Positions 10,715 to 24,017 of a DNA stretch of 64,000 nucleotides are shown piece after piece. Each line of letters starts with the position of its first letter. The stretch's first letter is position 1. The notes below the pieces were generated by a model that was given only the letters and a program-made list of their open reading frames with translations, was not told where the DNA came from and did not search any database. The position numbers were made by a program, and so were the translations under genes. The DNA comes from Camelus ferus (Eukaryota): positions 54,934,001 to 54,998,000 of the forward strand of contig NC_045697.1 in the NCBI RefSeq assembly GCF_009834535.1, given 5' to 3'.

Positions 10715-12663
10715 TGACTCTGACAAATATGCTAGCACTACCTAAAAGTAGACAGCTATGGTACTACAATTCCAGCTCTGGAGTGGCTCCGAAGGACTGT
10801 GGTGAAAGGAAATCTCAGTCAGCAGAACTTTAAACATAGGAGGAGGAATAGCCAGAGTACTGTTTCATCGGTGGCTATTGGTTAGATTGGATAGTCAGGA
10901 ACTTAGAAGAAATACAATTAGAAAATTGGTTACAGAGTACTATGGGGTATACATATCCTGGTGGAACTCACTGGATGGACACAGATTGTGAAATCATTTG
11001 TATCCTATGTGAATGCTTCCCAGGGAGCAAACTTAGCAGAGGAGGAGCTTAATAATGAACAAGATGATACATTCTTTTCCCAGCTATTCTTGTCCTTACT
11101 CAGTGGGCTCACAAATTCTCCATACTGGTGGTAATGGAGGTTACACATGGACTCAAAAAATGGACTTCCAGTCACCGAGGATGAATGGCTACAGCCACTG
11201 CAGAGTGCCCAATCTGTCAAGAGTGGAGACTAACACTAAGCCCCCACTATGGTGCCATTCTCTGTAGTGATCAGCTAGCCAGCTGTGGCAGATTGATTAT
11301 ATTGATCACTTCCCTGATAGAAAGGGCCAGGATTTGTACTCATTGATCTGGGTGTGGGTTTGCCATCCCTCTCCTCAATTGTTCTTCCAAAATCACCAGG
11401 CATGGACCTACAGATGAGTTAGTCCCTGTTTTGGCATTCCTACAGTATTTCTTCTGACTGAGGAACTAACTTTACATCAAATAAAATGTGACAGTGGACT
11501 TAATGATTGTGAAATTCTCTAGTCTTACCATGTTCTCCATTACCATAAGATATCTAATTTGATAGGTATGTAGAATGGCATTTTGATGACTCAGTTTTAA
11601 TGTCAGTTTGGGCAACACTTTGTAAGCTGGGGGTAGTGGCTGGTGGGATGTGATATATACTCTAAATCAGTCATCAATATATGATGGTGTTTCTCCCACA
11701 GCAAGATTCAAAGTGTGGAAATGAGTGACTTCTTATTCTATTAATTCCAGTGATTTGCTAAAGAAATTTTTCCTTTTCTCCCTTTAACTTTGCACTCTCC
11801 TTGTCTAAAGAACCTAGTTCCCAAAAGAGAAATGCTTCTACCAAGGGACAGAGGAATAGTTCTATTAAACTGAAAGTTGGTATTGACCCCTGGGAGACTC
11901 ACATACCAGTGAGTCACATACTTACAAACCAAATAAGGTTTACTGTATTAGATATGGTGATCAATCCTGACTATCATGGGGAAATTGGAGGTTTTTAAAC
12001 ATGTAAAAACATGGGGTTTACTACTGCCCAATTGGAGTCTCTCTAGAATGTAGGAGATATTCTAGAACACTTACTAATACTTTCAATTCTATGATTAAAT
12101 TCAATGGAAAAAATACAACAGTCACATACAGACAGGATGACTAATGGCCCTGACCCTTCAGAAATGAAGATCTGAATTAGTATGCAAACCAAGGTGCTTG
12201 CTGAGGGCAAAGTATACATGAAATGGATAATGAAAGAAAGATGTTTTGAATACCAGCTCCTATCATGCATTTAGTTGCAGAAATGGGGACTGTAATAATC
12301 ACAAATGTTTATTCTTTATTTTGATCTAAATGCATTTGTGCATATTCTAACTATTCTTTCCTTATCTCATTCCCCTGTGACCTAACATAACATGTGATAA
12401 TAATAGCTAACTTCTTATCTTGGTATTTAAGTTATAGGGCATCAGGGAGAAGCATGACTTAGCAAGATGATAAATAAACATCATCCAAAGATGAAGAGAG
12501 TGAGTTCACGTTCTTTTCTTGGGGAGATAAGTAGCATATATTTGGTTATACAAGGGATAGTTGCATCATTTTAAGTGAATCCATGATTTTGCCATTGCTT
12601 TTATTTGAAGGTTAAGTATGGTTAAAAGAGATGTGTATGGTGCCTAGTTAATAAAGAGTGAGC
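10715..12663 (+). mobile_element. ERVL internal fossil (ERVL-E-like): RNase H, integrase, dUTPase; frameshifted
   Basis: RNase H-like 'gaaggactgtggtgaaaggaaatct..gcagaactt'. Hand translation from 11188 gives ATATAECPICQEWRLTLSPHYGAI (integrase zinc-finger CxxC), then WQIDYI at 11286 in another frame. ORF 11801-11998 carries dUTPase-like VLDMVINPDYHGEIG. Confidence 0.9.
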
Positions 12664-13265
12664 TGTGGTGACTTTGTAATGTGTCCACTTGTCTAATCCA
12701 GGAGTACTTTTCCAGAATTATTTTCCCTCCATGATAAGCTTTGACCACAAGAGAAATTTGTTTGAGATTTGGAAAGCAAAAGAGAAGCAGCAACCAGGCT
12801 TACATTGTGCAGGGTGATCTTGGCACAGGCACACTTGTATCTCCCCTACATTGTAGCTCTGCCAGCCTGTCTCCAGGTCTTGCTAGATCTCCTCCTTTAG
12901 CTTCTTTAAATCCTGAGAAATCTTCACACACAGCTCTGTGGTGAAGTGCACCAGGTCTGCAGGAAAACTGCACCACTGAAGTTGGAGGCTAGAGGCTTAG
13001 AGGAGGTATGATACCAAGGCAGATTCTGGTGAGAGACAGATATGGGTTTGATATCCTTGAGGTTAAAGTGCATCCTCATAGGTTCATTTGTCCTTGCTGT
13101 CCTTCTATTCATATTTATCCTCCCTTTCTGACCATTGACCCAGTTTACTTGATGCTGGGCGCTGTGTTTAGGGGTAACAGATAGATCTGAAATAAATAAA
13201 TCTCTAAATAAGCCCTTATATTACCCACAGAGGTTCTGCTACTCTGATGGAACATGAATGATAGA
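12664..13265 (+). mobile_element. LTR33-family ERVL 3' LTR
   Basis: Starts 'tgtggtgactttgtaatgtgtccacttgtctaa..tttccagaatt' after a purine tract; ends 'ggttctgctactctgatggaacatgaatgata'. Confidence 0.8.
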
Positions 13266-13839
13266 CATTCTAGTCAGAAAGATACATGTGTATAAGAGGA
13301 ACTATAAGATAGTAGGTGTAGCTATAACATGTCATATGACTCTGGAAATACAGGAAGGGGTGCGTGTGCACAATAGTGGGAGAGAGAGGGAGAGAAGAGA
13401 GACTTAGGGATTGGAAAAGACTTCATGCAGGGGTGGCATTTTATTCTATGAACCTTGAAGAATAGGTAGAATTTCTGCTGGCATGATAAGGAGACCCAAA
13501 TGGAGATGAGAAGATTATCAACTGCATACTTAACAGTTGCCAGATAATGGTACAAAGGGAAATAAAGTAGACACAATTCCTGATGATTTGGAATTTATAG
13601 ACTAGCAAGGACTATTCACACTGAAAATGTGTGAATTCACTTCATCTAGTGAAGGATTCTAATTATGTACTGCATATTTTGTTCTGATTATAGCTAAATG
13701 ACCCTCAAATGACTAGCTGAATCTTGAATACCCTCAGATTTTCCCAGCATGGATAACTTTTGCGGGATGCTGTTAACAAGGTGTAAGGAAAAAGTCTCTG
13801 GGCTCTTGGTTTCCTTCCCTTGTTTCGCATTCTCATTCC

Positions 13840-14990
13840 TTCCACCAGCTGCTCCCTGACATCTGTCTTTACTGTTCTACTGAAACAGCTGTTGCACAGA
13901 CCACCAGGGCTCTAATTGCTGAATCATAGATGGCACGTTGTTCCTGATTTTATTTGACATTACTTTGCCATTTGACATTGTGGTCATTCCCTTTTTCTTT
14001 AAATTCTCTCAGCTCCTGACACTCCTATCCCCTGGTTTTCCTTCTGTTTCTCAGTTTCTTATCTGTTCTATTTTTGTATTTAATATTTGGTTAATGCTAC
14101 CTGAAAGTGCCAAAAGTGACCTGAAAGTCAATTTATTATTCCTTTTATCTACCATTCTATATATCCAATTAGTGATTGACTCCTAAACTAATAAATTGTT
14201 GAATTCCTTTTTTAAATTTGTGCCTTTTTATTCAGTTTGACTCTCCCTGTCTTCTTTTAACCCTCTACAACATATTCTTTGGCTACTATGAGAGCCTTCT
14301 TTTTTCTGCTTACTCTGTTTTGTCTTCTCCAATACATCTTTCACATGACCACCATGAACATATTTCAGAAATAGAAATGTGGTTGTATAACTAGTCTTCT
14401 TAACTCTTCAAGGGCCTCAGGATAAGAGCCACATTTCTTAAAATGGCTTTAAAGAAGCTTTATATGATTTGGCACCTGACTGCCTCTCAATATTCAAATT
14501 CTAATACATGCTCCCACCCCTCCAACCATGTCAAATAACTTAACTTCCCCAGAGAGTCCATCTCTTTATTTCCCTAAAAATCACCTTCTGTCTCCTTATC
14601 TACTTGGCTGACATCTACTCATGCTTCAATAGTAAATTCTAGGGTTATTAGTAACTCATGTCTTCATTCAGTTGAAATTGATTGACCACCGTTGATGTGC
14701 CAGATACTGTTCCGTCTCCTTCATGAAGCCTTCCCTACCTAGTTGCTCTTTTCTTCTTGGCTTGATTCCCTTTGATTCTGATGATCCATGAATAGACGTG
14801 GATACTCACTGCTATCCTTCTGAAATTTGGATTCGAGTCCTCTCCTATGAAATTAAAATCCTATGCATGTAAGTATCATTACCATTAACTGTACCGTAAC
14901 TTGTAGTTACCTTATTTATCTCCTTATCTGTCTCTCCAAATGTACTGTAAGCCTATTGATGGCAGGAATTTTATCTTTGTATCTTGTGTA
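13840..14990 (+). mobile_element. L2 LINE, degenerate and fragmented
   Basis: 'ctactgaaacagctgttgca', 'catttgacattgtggtcattccc' and 3' end 'actgtaagcctattgatggcaggaattttatcttt'. Confidence 0.65.
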
Positions 14991-16819
14991 TGTGTGAGCC
15001 CATTGGTTTGTGTGATTTCTACAACTGAATTATTTCTTTATACATTTTTCTGAATGGAGATAGTGTGGAATCCGAAGACCCGATGGAATGAATTGTCTGA
15101 GCCCTATGTATAAAACAAAATAAAAATAAAAAACAGTAATAATTGCTCTGAACATTACATGAGCTTTGGGGGAATTTAGATGAGACCTTCTTGGAGAAAG
15201 TATTCTATAAATGGCAAAGCATTTTTGTTTTAGTCCATTTCGAGTTGCATGGAGTAGTGATGTTAGGTAATTTCAAAGAGGGGTTATGTAAAAGACATGA
15301 ACTGCAGTTCCTCTCCAGGTCTAAGTGTTTTCATTAGTTTATCTCCACATGGCCTTTCTGTCTGCCTTCCACATTGTTTCTAGTGCTATCATTCTCAGTC
15401 ACATCCTGACGTTTTATTTATGTATTCCATTTACCTCCACCACTGGGACTCCAGCTATCCACTCGACCAGTGAACAGCAAAAAGAATTCCCAACAGCTCT
15501 GCCATCAGTATGATTGGTTTGAGCTTTCTTCTTGGTATCTCTCATTTGATACTTTTGGTCTTTCACAGTGTCTCTAGTTTATCTTTGCAAGTCTGTTTAA
15601 TATTCCTTTCATATCCAGTTTTTGCTTTTGTACAGGTACCCTCTGTCCTTTTTTTTTTTTCTCATAGCTTCTGCTGGCTCAAAGGTTTATTTCCTAAATA
15701 GGCTTGTTTTCTGCGTGACTTTTTCATAGGCTCTTGGTCTTTTTTTTTTTTTAACGTATCTTTAATTTCAATCATGAAAACTGATAAATCCTCTCTATAT
15801 TTTCAATTTCAAATTCTAAAGAACTGCTTAATCTTTGGATTAATTTCCTTTATGCCAAGTCACTCCGTGGATCTTCTGGCCAGCTTATCAATAAGATGTC
15901 CACGCCAGGTTCTCTTTGCTGGGATATAGTGTTGGGTCATAAGTAGCTGACATGGCCTTAATGTCAGGGCATTGGCATAGTTGATAACATGACTGACAGA
16001 TTTAGTGTAGTTATATAAGCCTAGATATTTTTGTTGAATTATAATGATAATGGAATATAGATATATATATGTGTATATATGTTATAAACACACACCACAC
16101 ACAAGTTGATGAAAAAATACTCTAGCGGGAGTGTGATTAATTGGGCACTCATATATCGTTGATCAAAATAAAATTGGGTCAGCTTGTCTAGAAATCATGT
16201 TTATTATGTTTCAGGAGTCTTTCCAAAGTTTATATTTTTATTTCTATTTCCAGAACTTTTTCTTAAAAAAATAAACAGAGATAGTCACCAAAATTTATGT
16301 ACAAAGACATCAGTTGCTCTGTGGTTTAGAACAATGAAAAATTAGAAGTAATAATAACTTAAAACTATTGGAAACTGTTAGCAAGGATTTCATCTTTCTT
16401 GTCAGTTGCTCAATTTCAAGTGCTCAGAACAGAACCCAGCCCATAGGAGACATTCAACAAATACTACTAAATGGATGTATGTTGAATCTTTATTATGGAC
16501 AAATGGACAATCATTAAAGACAGTGCAACTCCAAAATGTTTATTAACCTATGGAAAAATAGTCCTTATATTATCAGGTGATAAATTAGATCTCTCTTATT
16601 CTCTCTTTCACAGGGAATAAAATCTGAGTTTATTTATTTTGTGAGGTAGAAATACAGGTGATCTTTTCATATTATACATATATATATTTGTATTTCTTTT
16701 AAAAAATTCTTAAAGTTCATTTTTTATTTTTAGCTAAAATGTATGGTATATTTTCTGATTTTTTTCCCCTGCTTTTTCTGATTCACCCTTAATAAAAGGG
16801 AAGGGAGAGAAACTACTCG

Positions 16820-16990
16820 AATGTTGAGTTCCTACTGTGTACTAGGTACAATTTTAGGACTTCACATACATTTTTCTAGAATCCTTCCAATTTTATAAAG
16901 TAAAAAACATCCTAAGCAATTAAGATCACTCAGTTTATTACATAGCAAAGATTTGAACACAATGCATTCTAATTGCAGAGTATGTTTCCG
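16820..16990 (-). mobile_element. MIR SINE
   Basis: 'ttgagttcctactgtgtactaggtaca..gatttgaacac' antisense MIR pattern. Confidence 0.55.
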
Positions 16991-17837
16991 TAACCATTAG
17001 TCTGTCTACACTGACTTTCTGACTAACTTTCTTTAAGCCAGCCTTCACTGATTTTCCCTTTTATTTGAACTTCATATTTGACCCTTACTTGAATTATTTG
17101 GTCATCCTCTAATTGCTTTGCATGACTTAGATTTTTGTTCATAACTAAAAAAAGGAGATGTTTAAGGCAAAGGCAGTATTTTATTCTCCTTATTGTGTTT
17201 TCTTAGCATGTAGAACACCTATACCGCACCTAAATGTACAGTAAATATTTGAGATTTATAATTATTAATATCTTCAGTGAATCTATAGGAAATAAGAAAA
17301 ACTTCAAGTGCTATGAATATATTTAAGTTTTGCCTTGTCAAGGCCCACTATTGCCAATGTTTCTATGAACTACAAGTATAATATCCTAAGCGTTTAAAAT
17401 TTTTTTCCTGTTATTTCATATTCAGTAAAGGACCAGAATGTTCAGTTCTTCATATTCTATAGAAATGTGAAATCTGCATTCCTCAGCCTGCTTTCCAAGA
17501 TACACCATGATCAGAACCTGTTTATTCTAATCCTACTTTTCATTTTTCCTCCTTTTCTGTTTCTCACATACACTGCTAAGGCCCAGATAAACTACTCACT
17601 GATCCCTGAGTGCTCTAAGCCCTCCTCCTCCATATTATTGCTTGTAATCTTCCTTTGGTCTGGACCAGTCTTGTAAATGATCTCCAAATGCCGAAATCCT
17701 ACCTGTAGTCTAAGGCCTGTGATATATTCAACCTCTTCCTTGAAGCTTTTTCTGATAACCTTGTCTCATAATCATCTTTTCCTCTTCTGAATTTGGAATC
17801 ATCTATTTTCCATTTCATTTGACCCTCTTATTTAGTG

Positions 17838-18214
17838 TTTTTTTTTTTTTTTAATACTGTGGTAAAAAAACATGTAACATGGAATCTACCATCTTAACAA
17901 AACTTTAAGTGTTCAGTAATTGTTTATTATATACATGTTGTTGCACAGCAGATTTTGAGAACTTTTTTGTCTTCAGTGACTTCAACTCTGTAGCCTTTGA
18001 ACAGCAACTTCCCATTTTCCTCTCCCCGCAGCCCCTAGCAACCATCATTCTACTTACTGCTTCCACGAGATCTATAGAGACCTCATATAAGTGGAATCTT
18101 GCAGTATTTGTCCATCTGTAACTGGCTTATTTCACTCAGCATAATGTCCTCTAGGCTCTTTTATGTTGTTGCATATGACAGGATTTCCTTCTCTTTTAAG
18201 GCTGAATAAAATTC

Positions 18215-18259
<45 letters not shown>

Positions 18260-19271
18260 CATATTTTATTTATCCATTCATTTGTTGATGGACAATTAGG
18301 TTGTTTGCACTTCTCAGCTATTGTAAATAATGTTGCAGTGAACATGGGAGTGCAAATAACTCTTTGAAACTCTGATTTCAGTTCTTTTGGATAGACTCCC
18401 AGAAGTGGAATTGCTGAATAACATGGTAGTTTTATTTTTAAGTTTTTTGAGGAAACTCCATACTGTTTTTCATAGCTGCTGTGCCATTTTACATTTCCTC
18501 TGCTAGTGCACATCCTCACCAACACTTGGTATTTTCTGGGTTTTTTTGTTTGTTTGTTTTTGTTCTGTTTTGGGGGTTTTTACTTTTGATAATGTTTATC
18601 CTATCCTAACAGGTGTGAGTTGATATGTCATTGTAGTTTTGGTTTTTGTTTTCATGATTATTAGTGATGTTAAGCATCTTTTCATACACTTGTTGCCTAC
18701 TTGTATGTCTTCTTTGGAAAAATGTCTCATCAAATCTTTTACCTATTTATTTATTTATTTATTTATTTATTGCTATTGGATTGTATGAGTTCCTTATATG
18801 TTTTGAATGTTAACTCCTTTCAAGATTACTGTTTGCAGATATTTTCTATCATACTGTTGTTTGCTTCCTTCGCTGTGCAGAAGTTTTTTAGTTTGATACA
18901 GTTTCTTTCTTTTATTTATTTTGCTTTTGTTTGTGCTTTTGGTGTTATATCTAAGAAGTCATTACCAAGGCCAATGTTATGAAGTTTTCCACCTGTTTTC
19001 TTTTAGGAGTTTTATAGTTTCAGCTTTTATATTTATATCTTTAATACATTTTGATTGGATTTTTTGCATATTGTACATGATGAAGGTCCAATTTTATTCT
19101 TTTACGTGTGGCTATCCAATTTTCCAAGCAGTATTTGTTGAAGAGACTGTCCTTTCCCTGTTCTGTAGTCTTGGCGAACTTATAGAAGATCATTTAATTA
19201 TTTATGTGTGGGGTTTTTTTCTGGACACCCTTTTCTGTTCTGTTGGTCTACGTATCTGTCTTTATGCCAGT
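17838..19271 (-). mobile_element. 5'-truncated LINE-1 (L1MA9/L1MB-age): ORF2 C-terminus, 3' UTR and poly(A)
   Basis: T15 at 17838-17852. Minus ORF 18259-18525 reads LKIKLPCYSAIPLLGVYPKELK..CTPMFTATLFTIA..PSTNEWINK (L1 ORF2 C-terminus). Flanks tttgaccctctta / tttgaccctta resemble a TSD. Confidence 0.95.
18218..18256. repeat. Perfect (TG)n microsatellite, about 19 units
   Basis: Read directly; lies inside the L1. Confidence 0.97.
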
Positions 19272-19974
19272 TTGACCCTTAGAATTTTTAAACTTGCATT
19301 AAAATTAGCTAACAAGAGATTTAAGCATGCCTGATATTTCCTCCACTTGATAGGAAGTTTTTAAAGGCTGCCACATTAGAATCTATTATTGAATACTTCT
19401 TTATAATTTTCACAGTTGTTAACGTTCACTATGTTTTTGAATGAACAGATTCATTGATCCTTAATTTTGTTATCATGGAAATAAAGAGATGAATTTTTAG
19501 AAATCACAAAAATGACATTGTTTCTATCTCCTGTCCAATCTTTTCCTTTATAGCTATACTCAGGGCTAAATCTTGTTATCTTCTGTGTCTCTTTTTGTTT
19601 AATATGACCACTCTTGATAAATAATTATTTTTAATTAATTTACATTACATTACACCATCAACATTTAAAAAATGTTTCGGAAACATTGATGATATTTTTA
19701 TTATGTGTTTGTATTGTGAAAAATGAACATAATTACAAAAGGAAAATTCAGAAATTAGACTTTAAAGGAGAAACTCAGAATACCAAATTTTATGCTATTG
19801 GTGCTTAGACAATATGCTGAATAACTCAACAACATCCATTTCCAAGGGAATAAAGTGAAAAAAAAAAACACAGAAAGAAAGAGAGAGGAAGAAAGAGAGA
19901 AAAATAAAAGTACAGAATTTCCTTTACAATACAGAAATGTTTTGCATTTATCCCATGATGTTGGCAATCTTATA

Positions 19975-20026
19975 CATATCCATGACATATGTATATGTAT
20001 ACATATATGTATATATATTATATATA
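19975..20026. repeat. Imperfect (TA)/(TATATG) low-complexity repeat
   Basis: catatgtatatgtatacatatatgtatatatattatatata. Confidence 0.8.
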
Positions 20027-20035
20027 AAGTTTTTG

Positions 20036-20371
20036 TGTTAAAAGATAAACTGAGGAATAGTAAACATTTTAAGAGTTATTTGAGCAAAAATCAGTTCAAA
20101 TTGGATGGCACCAATCCGAAAGTAGTTGAGAGTATTCCGCCAACAGGAGCTTGGGGAGAGAATTTTACAAAGAAAAGGCAGAAGCAAAGTAAAGAAATTA
20201 TTGATTAGCTATAGCTTGAAGTGTAGTTGGCAGTTTGTGATTGGTTATCCTTCATTTTCAATTTTGTTACTTTGAGGCATTTACAGGCTTAGATTTTGGT
20301 TTGCTTACATAAGCCACCACAGCACTGGAACCACTTCAGTCAAATGACCTCCTTGTTTAATTAATTTAACA
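20036..20371 (-). mobile_element. Short (336-bp) ERV1-like solo LTR
   Basis: Inverted termini tgttaaa..tttaaca; antisense CCAAT ('gattggtt'); general pattern of an antisense class I LTR. Confidence 0.7.
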
Positions 20372-21674
20372 ATACAAATATAGTCTGTTTTATCATATTA
20401 TATTTTATCATATATCATTCTGCTTGAATTACCTTTCCCCACCTTATTTGATTAAAGGATCCAAAATCTCTAGTAAAAGAAGTTTCATTTTCTGGGTTCT
20501 GATTTCATGGAATTCAGGAACTATCTGACATAGTTGACACGAAAGTCTTCAAAAAGGTAAACATTAAGGGGATTTCAGGGGCAGAGCTTCTTGGAAATTC
20601 ATGCTGATCCTTCACCATTAGTTTTCTCCAGCTGCCAAGCTTCCTCTATATCTCTCAGTTTAAACCTTTGAGAGACAGCAGAGAGAAGAGAATTGGCCCG
20701 GCTTGGATTACATATTCTTTCTCTTCTAATCTCCTATGGACAGGAAGGCCTCCTCCTCCATATATATTAGGTAGGGGAAAAATGAGGGACATTTCTAGTA
20801 ATCTGATAAAATTGTCTGTATCCTTAAAGACCTGTCCAGCATGGCATTTCTCTGACTCCTTGTACCTTTCTTCGTCTTTGTTTACTTCTTCCTTGGGTTT
20901 CTATAATTTCTGCCATAATACTTTTTGTAGTTGTTTTATCTTATTTGCTGGCATGTGGACTTCTTCAGTATAGGGGCACATTGTGTCGATGTTTACATTC
21001 CCTGTGTGTATTAAAGTGTCATATAGCAACTGAGAAGTGAATATATAATAAATGTATAAATATTGCTGGTTGATAGTAAGTGGCCATTGTAGACCTAGCA
21101 CTGGACCACATATATATTCCATATGGCTGAGCATACTGTGTAAGTAGATATAACTTTTTCAAAATGAAAAAGTAGAAAAACTTAGGGTGTGCCAATTCTA
21201 CAGTTGCCCTCATAACTATTGTTTCTGTAGCTCATGTTGATACGAGCTTAGTCTTCTGGCAATTATCTTACCTTTTATTTTTGGCATAGAATTTAAGAGG
21301 GATCTGATCTTTACTGTCAGATCCAACTCTTACTCATAGCAGGATTGTTGTGGGTTTTTGTAGGGTTTTTTTTTGCCACTTAGTAAGAAAGTACTGATTT
21401 TTCTCTTTTCTCTTGTATCTAGCAATTCTAAAATCAAATAAGTAGAGTTCATTTCTAGGTTAAGATATAGATATCTCAATTCCAATAGAAATACTAAAGT
21501 ATTCATATTCTACTGTTCAATAGATACGATTAGCTAAGGTCATACTTTTTGTTGGAACTTAACTATTAAGTTTAGTTGTAGAGCTATGTATGTGTGTCTT
21601 GTGTATATGTATGCTTAAGATACATATTTATACTGTATATTTAAGATGTACACACACATGAATAGTCACATATT

Positions 21675-22657
21675 TGAGACAACATGGATGAACTTTGACA
21701 ACATGATACTAAGTGAAAGCCTAGACACCGAAAGACAAATATTGCATGATCTCACTTATGTATGAAATCTAAGAAGGAAGAAAAGAAACCACCTAACTTA
21801 TAATAACAGAAAGTAAAAGGTTGGTTACTAGAAGCTGAGGCTTGTGGAAAAGGGGAGATTAAAAAAATACATAAAGCAGAATGACGATTCCCAGGGGTTG
21901 GGGTGGGAGGTCATGGGGAGTGATTATTTAATGGGAACAAAATTTTGATTTTGCAGGATGACGGAGATCTGGAGATAGATGTTGGTGATGGTTACACAAC
22001 AGCATGAATGTATTTAACACCACTGAACTAGACACCTAAAAATGATTAAGATAGTGTAGGGGAGCAAAACTTGCCACCCCAAAATGTCTCTTTGGCATGT
22101 GGATTATTTTGAGCTGAAAACAATCAAGGCCCAAAAAACTTAGGAAGAAACTTTGAACTTCCCTCTAACTGCCTAAAGAATGTAAACAGAAAACCTGTTT
22201 CTGGAAGGGAGCTATCACCACAAATAACTATAGTGTGAGCTATGTGTGTAGACACGGAGAAACCTAGCAAAGGCTGTTTGTTAAAATTCCTCTCTGTGTC
22301 CCATTGTCTCTGGAGGCTCAGCAAACATCTCTTTATCAGGCATTTGCTTTTTCACCTCCATATCAATTGCCTTCCTCCCCTTTGAGGTCCCAAACCACTA
22401 CCCACAACATTCTCTTTTAGATGCTGAAGATGGTATTTAGGGTGAGAATTTCAGCCATTTTAGTGAGTTACTCAGTTTTGGGGGGGCTCTCTCATGTATA
22501 CATACTATTAAACTTTTGTTTGATTTTTCTCCTGTTAATCTTTCTGATGTCAATTTTTTTCTTAGACCAACTAGAAGAACCTAGAAGGGTATGGGAAAAT
22601 TTCTCCCTCTCTGACAATAGTAAATTTTATGCTATACACATTTGCAGCATAAAAAAA
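21675..22657 (+). mobile_element. Two adjacent L1MA/L1MB 3' fragments, the second interrupted by an LTR at 22055-22616
   Basis: 'acaacatggatgaactttgacaacatgatactaagtgaaa' and 'ctggagatagatgttggtgatggttacacaacagcatgaatgtatttaacaccactgaact..aaaatgattaagatag' resuming as 'taaattttatgctata'. Confidence 0.85.
22055..22616 (+). mobile_element. MER34A-like ERV1 solo LTR with perfect 4-bp TSD (ATAG)
   Basis: Begins 'tgtaggggagcaaaacttgccaccccaaaatgtctctttggcatgtggattattttgagctgaa', ends 'ctgaca'; ATAG at 22051-22054 and 22617-22620. Confidence 0.92.
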
Positions 22658-23789
22658 TTGGGAAAAATGTGAGGCGACTGAAAAGAGTCATGGATGTCCT
22701 TCCCAAAAAGTCTTCTGAATTGCTCTGGCCAATGTTACTGCAGCTTTTTCTGCTCATCTTCCATCCATATGCTAGCTGTTGTTAGCAATTCCCTGCTATT
22801 ATAGGGGTGGTATTAGGTGATTTACGATGATTGATAATGAGCATTTTACTTATGATGTTGATGATGATAACAGTGATGGCAAATATAACCAATAATTATA
22901 ATAACTTAGAGATAAAAAGGAAAAAAGTGAAAAGAAAAGGAAGAGGAAGACAATAGGGAAGCATAAGAAAAGGAGAAGAATTACTGTGTTCCAATAGCTG
23001 TTCTTGTTGCTTTGTCCTTTCTGTCAGTAAGTATTTATGGCATAAAAAATTAAGAAAGAGGTAGTGGAAACCCTGTGTGTTAAAATCAGTAATATCATTA
23101 TTTTAGAATAGATTTTTCTAGATCTGAATATTCTAGTATTTGATGTATATTATAGCATTTTGAGTTTTCAGAATGATTTCCAAATTTAAGACAAATGTTT
23201 GGTAATTTTTCTTTCACTAAAGTCTTTGCTATCTAGTTTAAAATCTAAAAGAGACCAAGGGCCAAGTGTATTCATTTTTTTGTCTCAAATGTGTACTAAT
23301 ATGTCTTACATCCATTAAAAATTTAAATATTTACTGAATTTGAGTGAATAAGGTGGCTTTATATTAAAATGATCTATTATGGGAACACAGAACAGATGAA
23401 GTGATAATATTAATTGTCAGAAAGCAATTTCTAATTAATTGAAGTGATAAGAGGGAAGTTATATGAGGTTTAGATTTAACTGACAATGGAAGTATGCATA
23501 GATAGAACTGTTTCTTAAAATGAGAGTTTGCTTTTGTGGGTCTGTGGAGAATATGAACTGATGGAGTCAGTAATAATATTTTTCAGATTAAGATCTTACA
23601 AATCATTCTTTTTTTGTTATGTCTAATTAGTATGGAACTGTTTAATTATCCCTAAAGCCCTATTACCATATGTGTCCATTATTCTCTCAAAAACATAGTC
23701 TGTAATTTGTATACTTATTTTTCACCTAATCCCTCAGTAACTTCTTCTGGTGTCAGAATTTTTGTAAGCAAATGAATGGTCTTTTACCT

Positions 23790-23997
23790 TATGGTTCGCA
23801 CTGTTCTAAGCTCTTAATACATACTAGCTCTTTCTGTTGCCATAACAGCTCTTTGAAGTAGGTGCTATCATCATCCTCATTTTACAAACAAGGAATCTGA
23901 AGCATCCCTAGAGGTTAAGTGCATCAGGACGTAGAATAACCAGGATTTAGACCCAGTTAGGCTGGCTGCAGAGTCTAGGCTCTTAACTACCAGCTCT
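23790..23997 (-). mobile_element. MIR SINE
   Basis: 'gcactgttctaagctctt..gtaggtgctatcatcatcctcattttacaaacaaggaatctgaagc..caggatttagaccca..ggctgcagagtctaggctcttaactac'. Confidence 0.85.
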
Positions 23998-24017
23998 GCT
24001 GCGTATGGGTCATGGTA

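Noticed and set aside
18701..19334. Hydrophobic membrane-protein-like ORFs
   Set aside because: Antisense reading of A-rich L1 ORF2.
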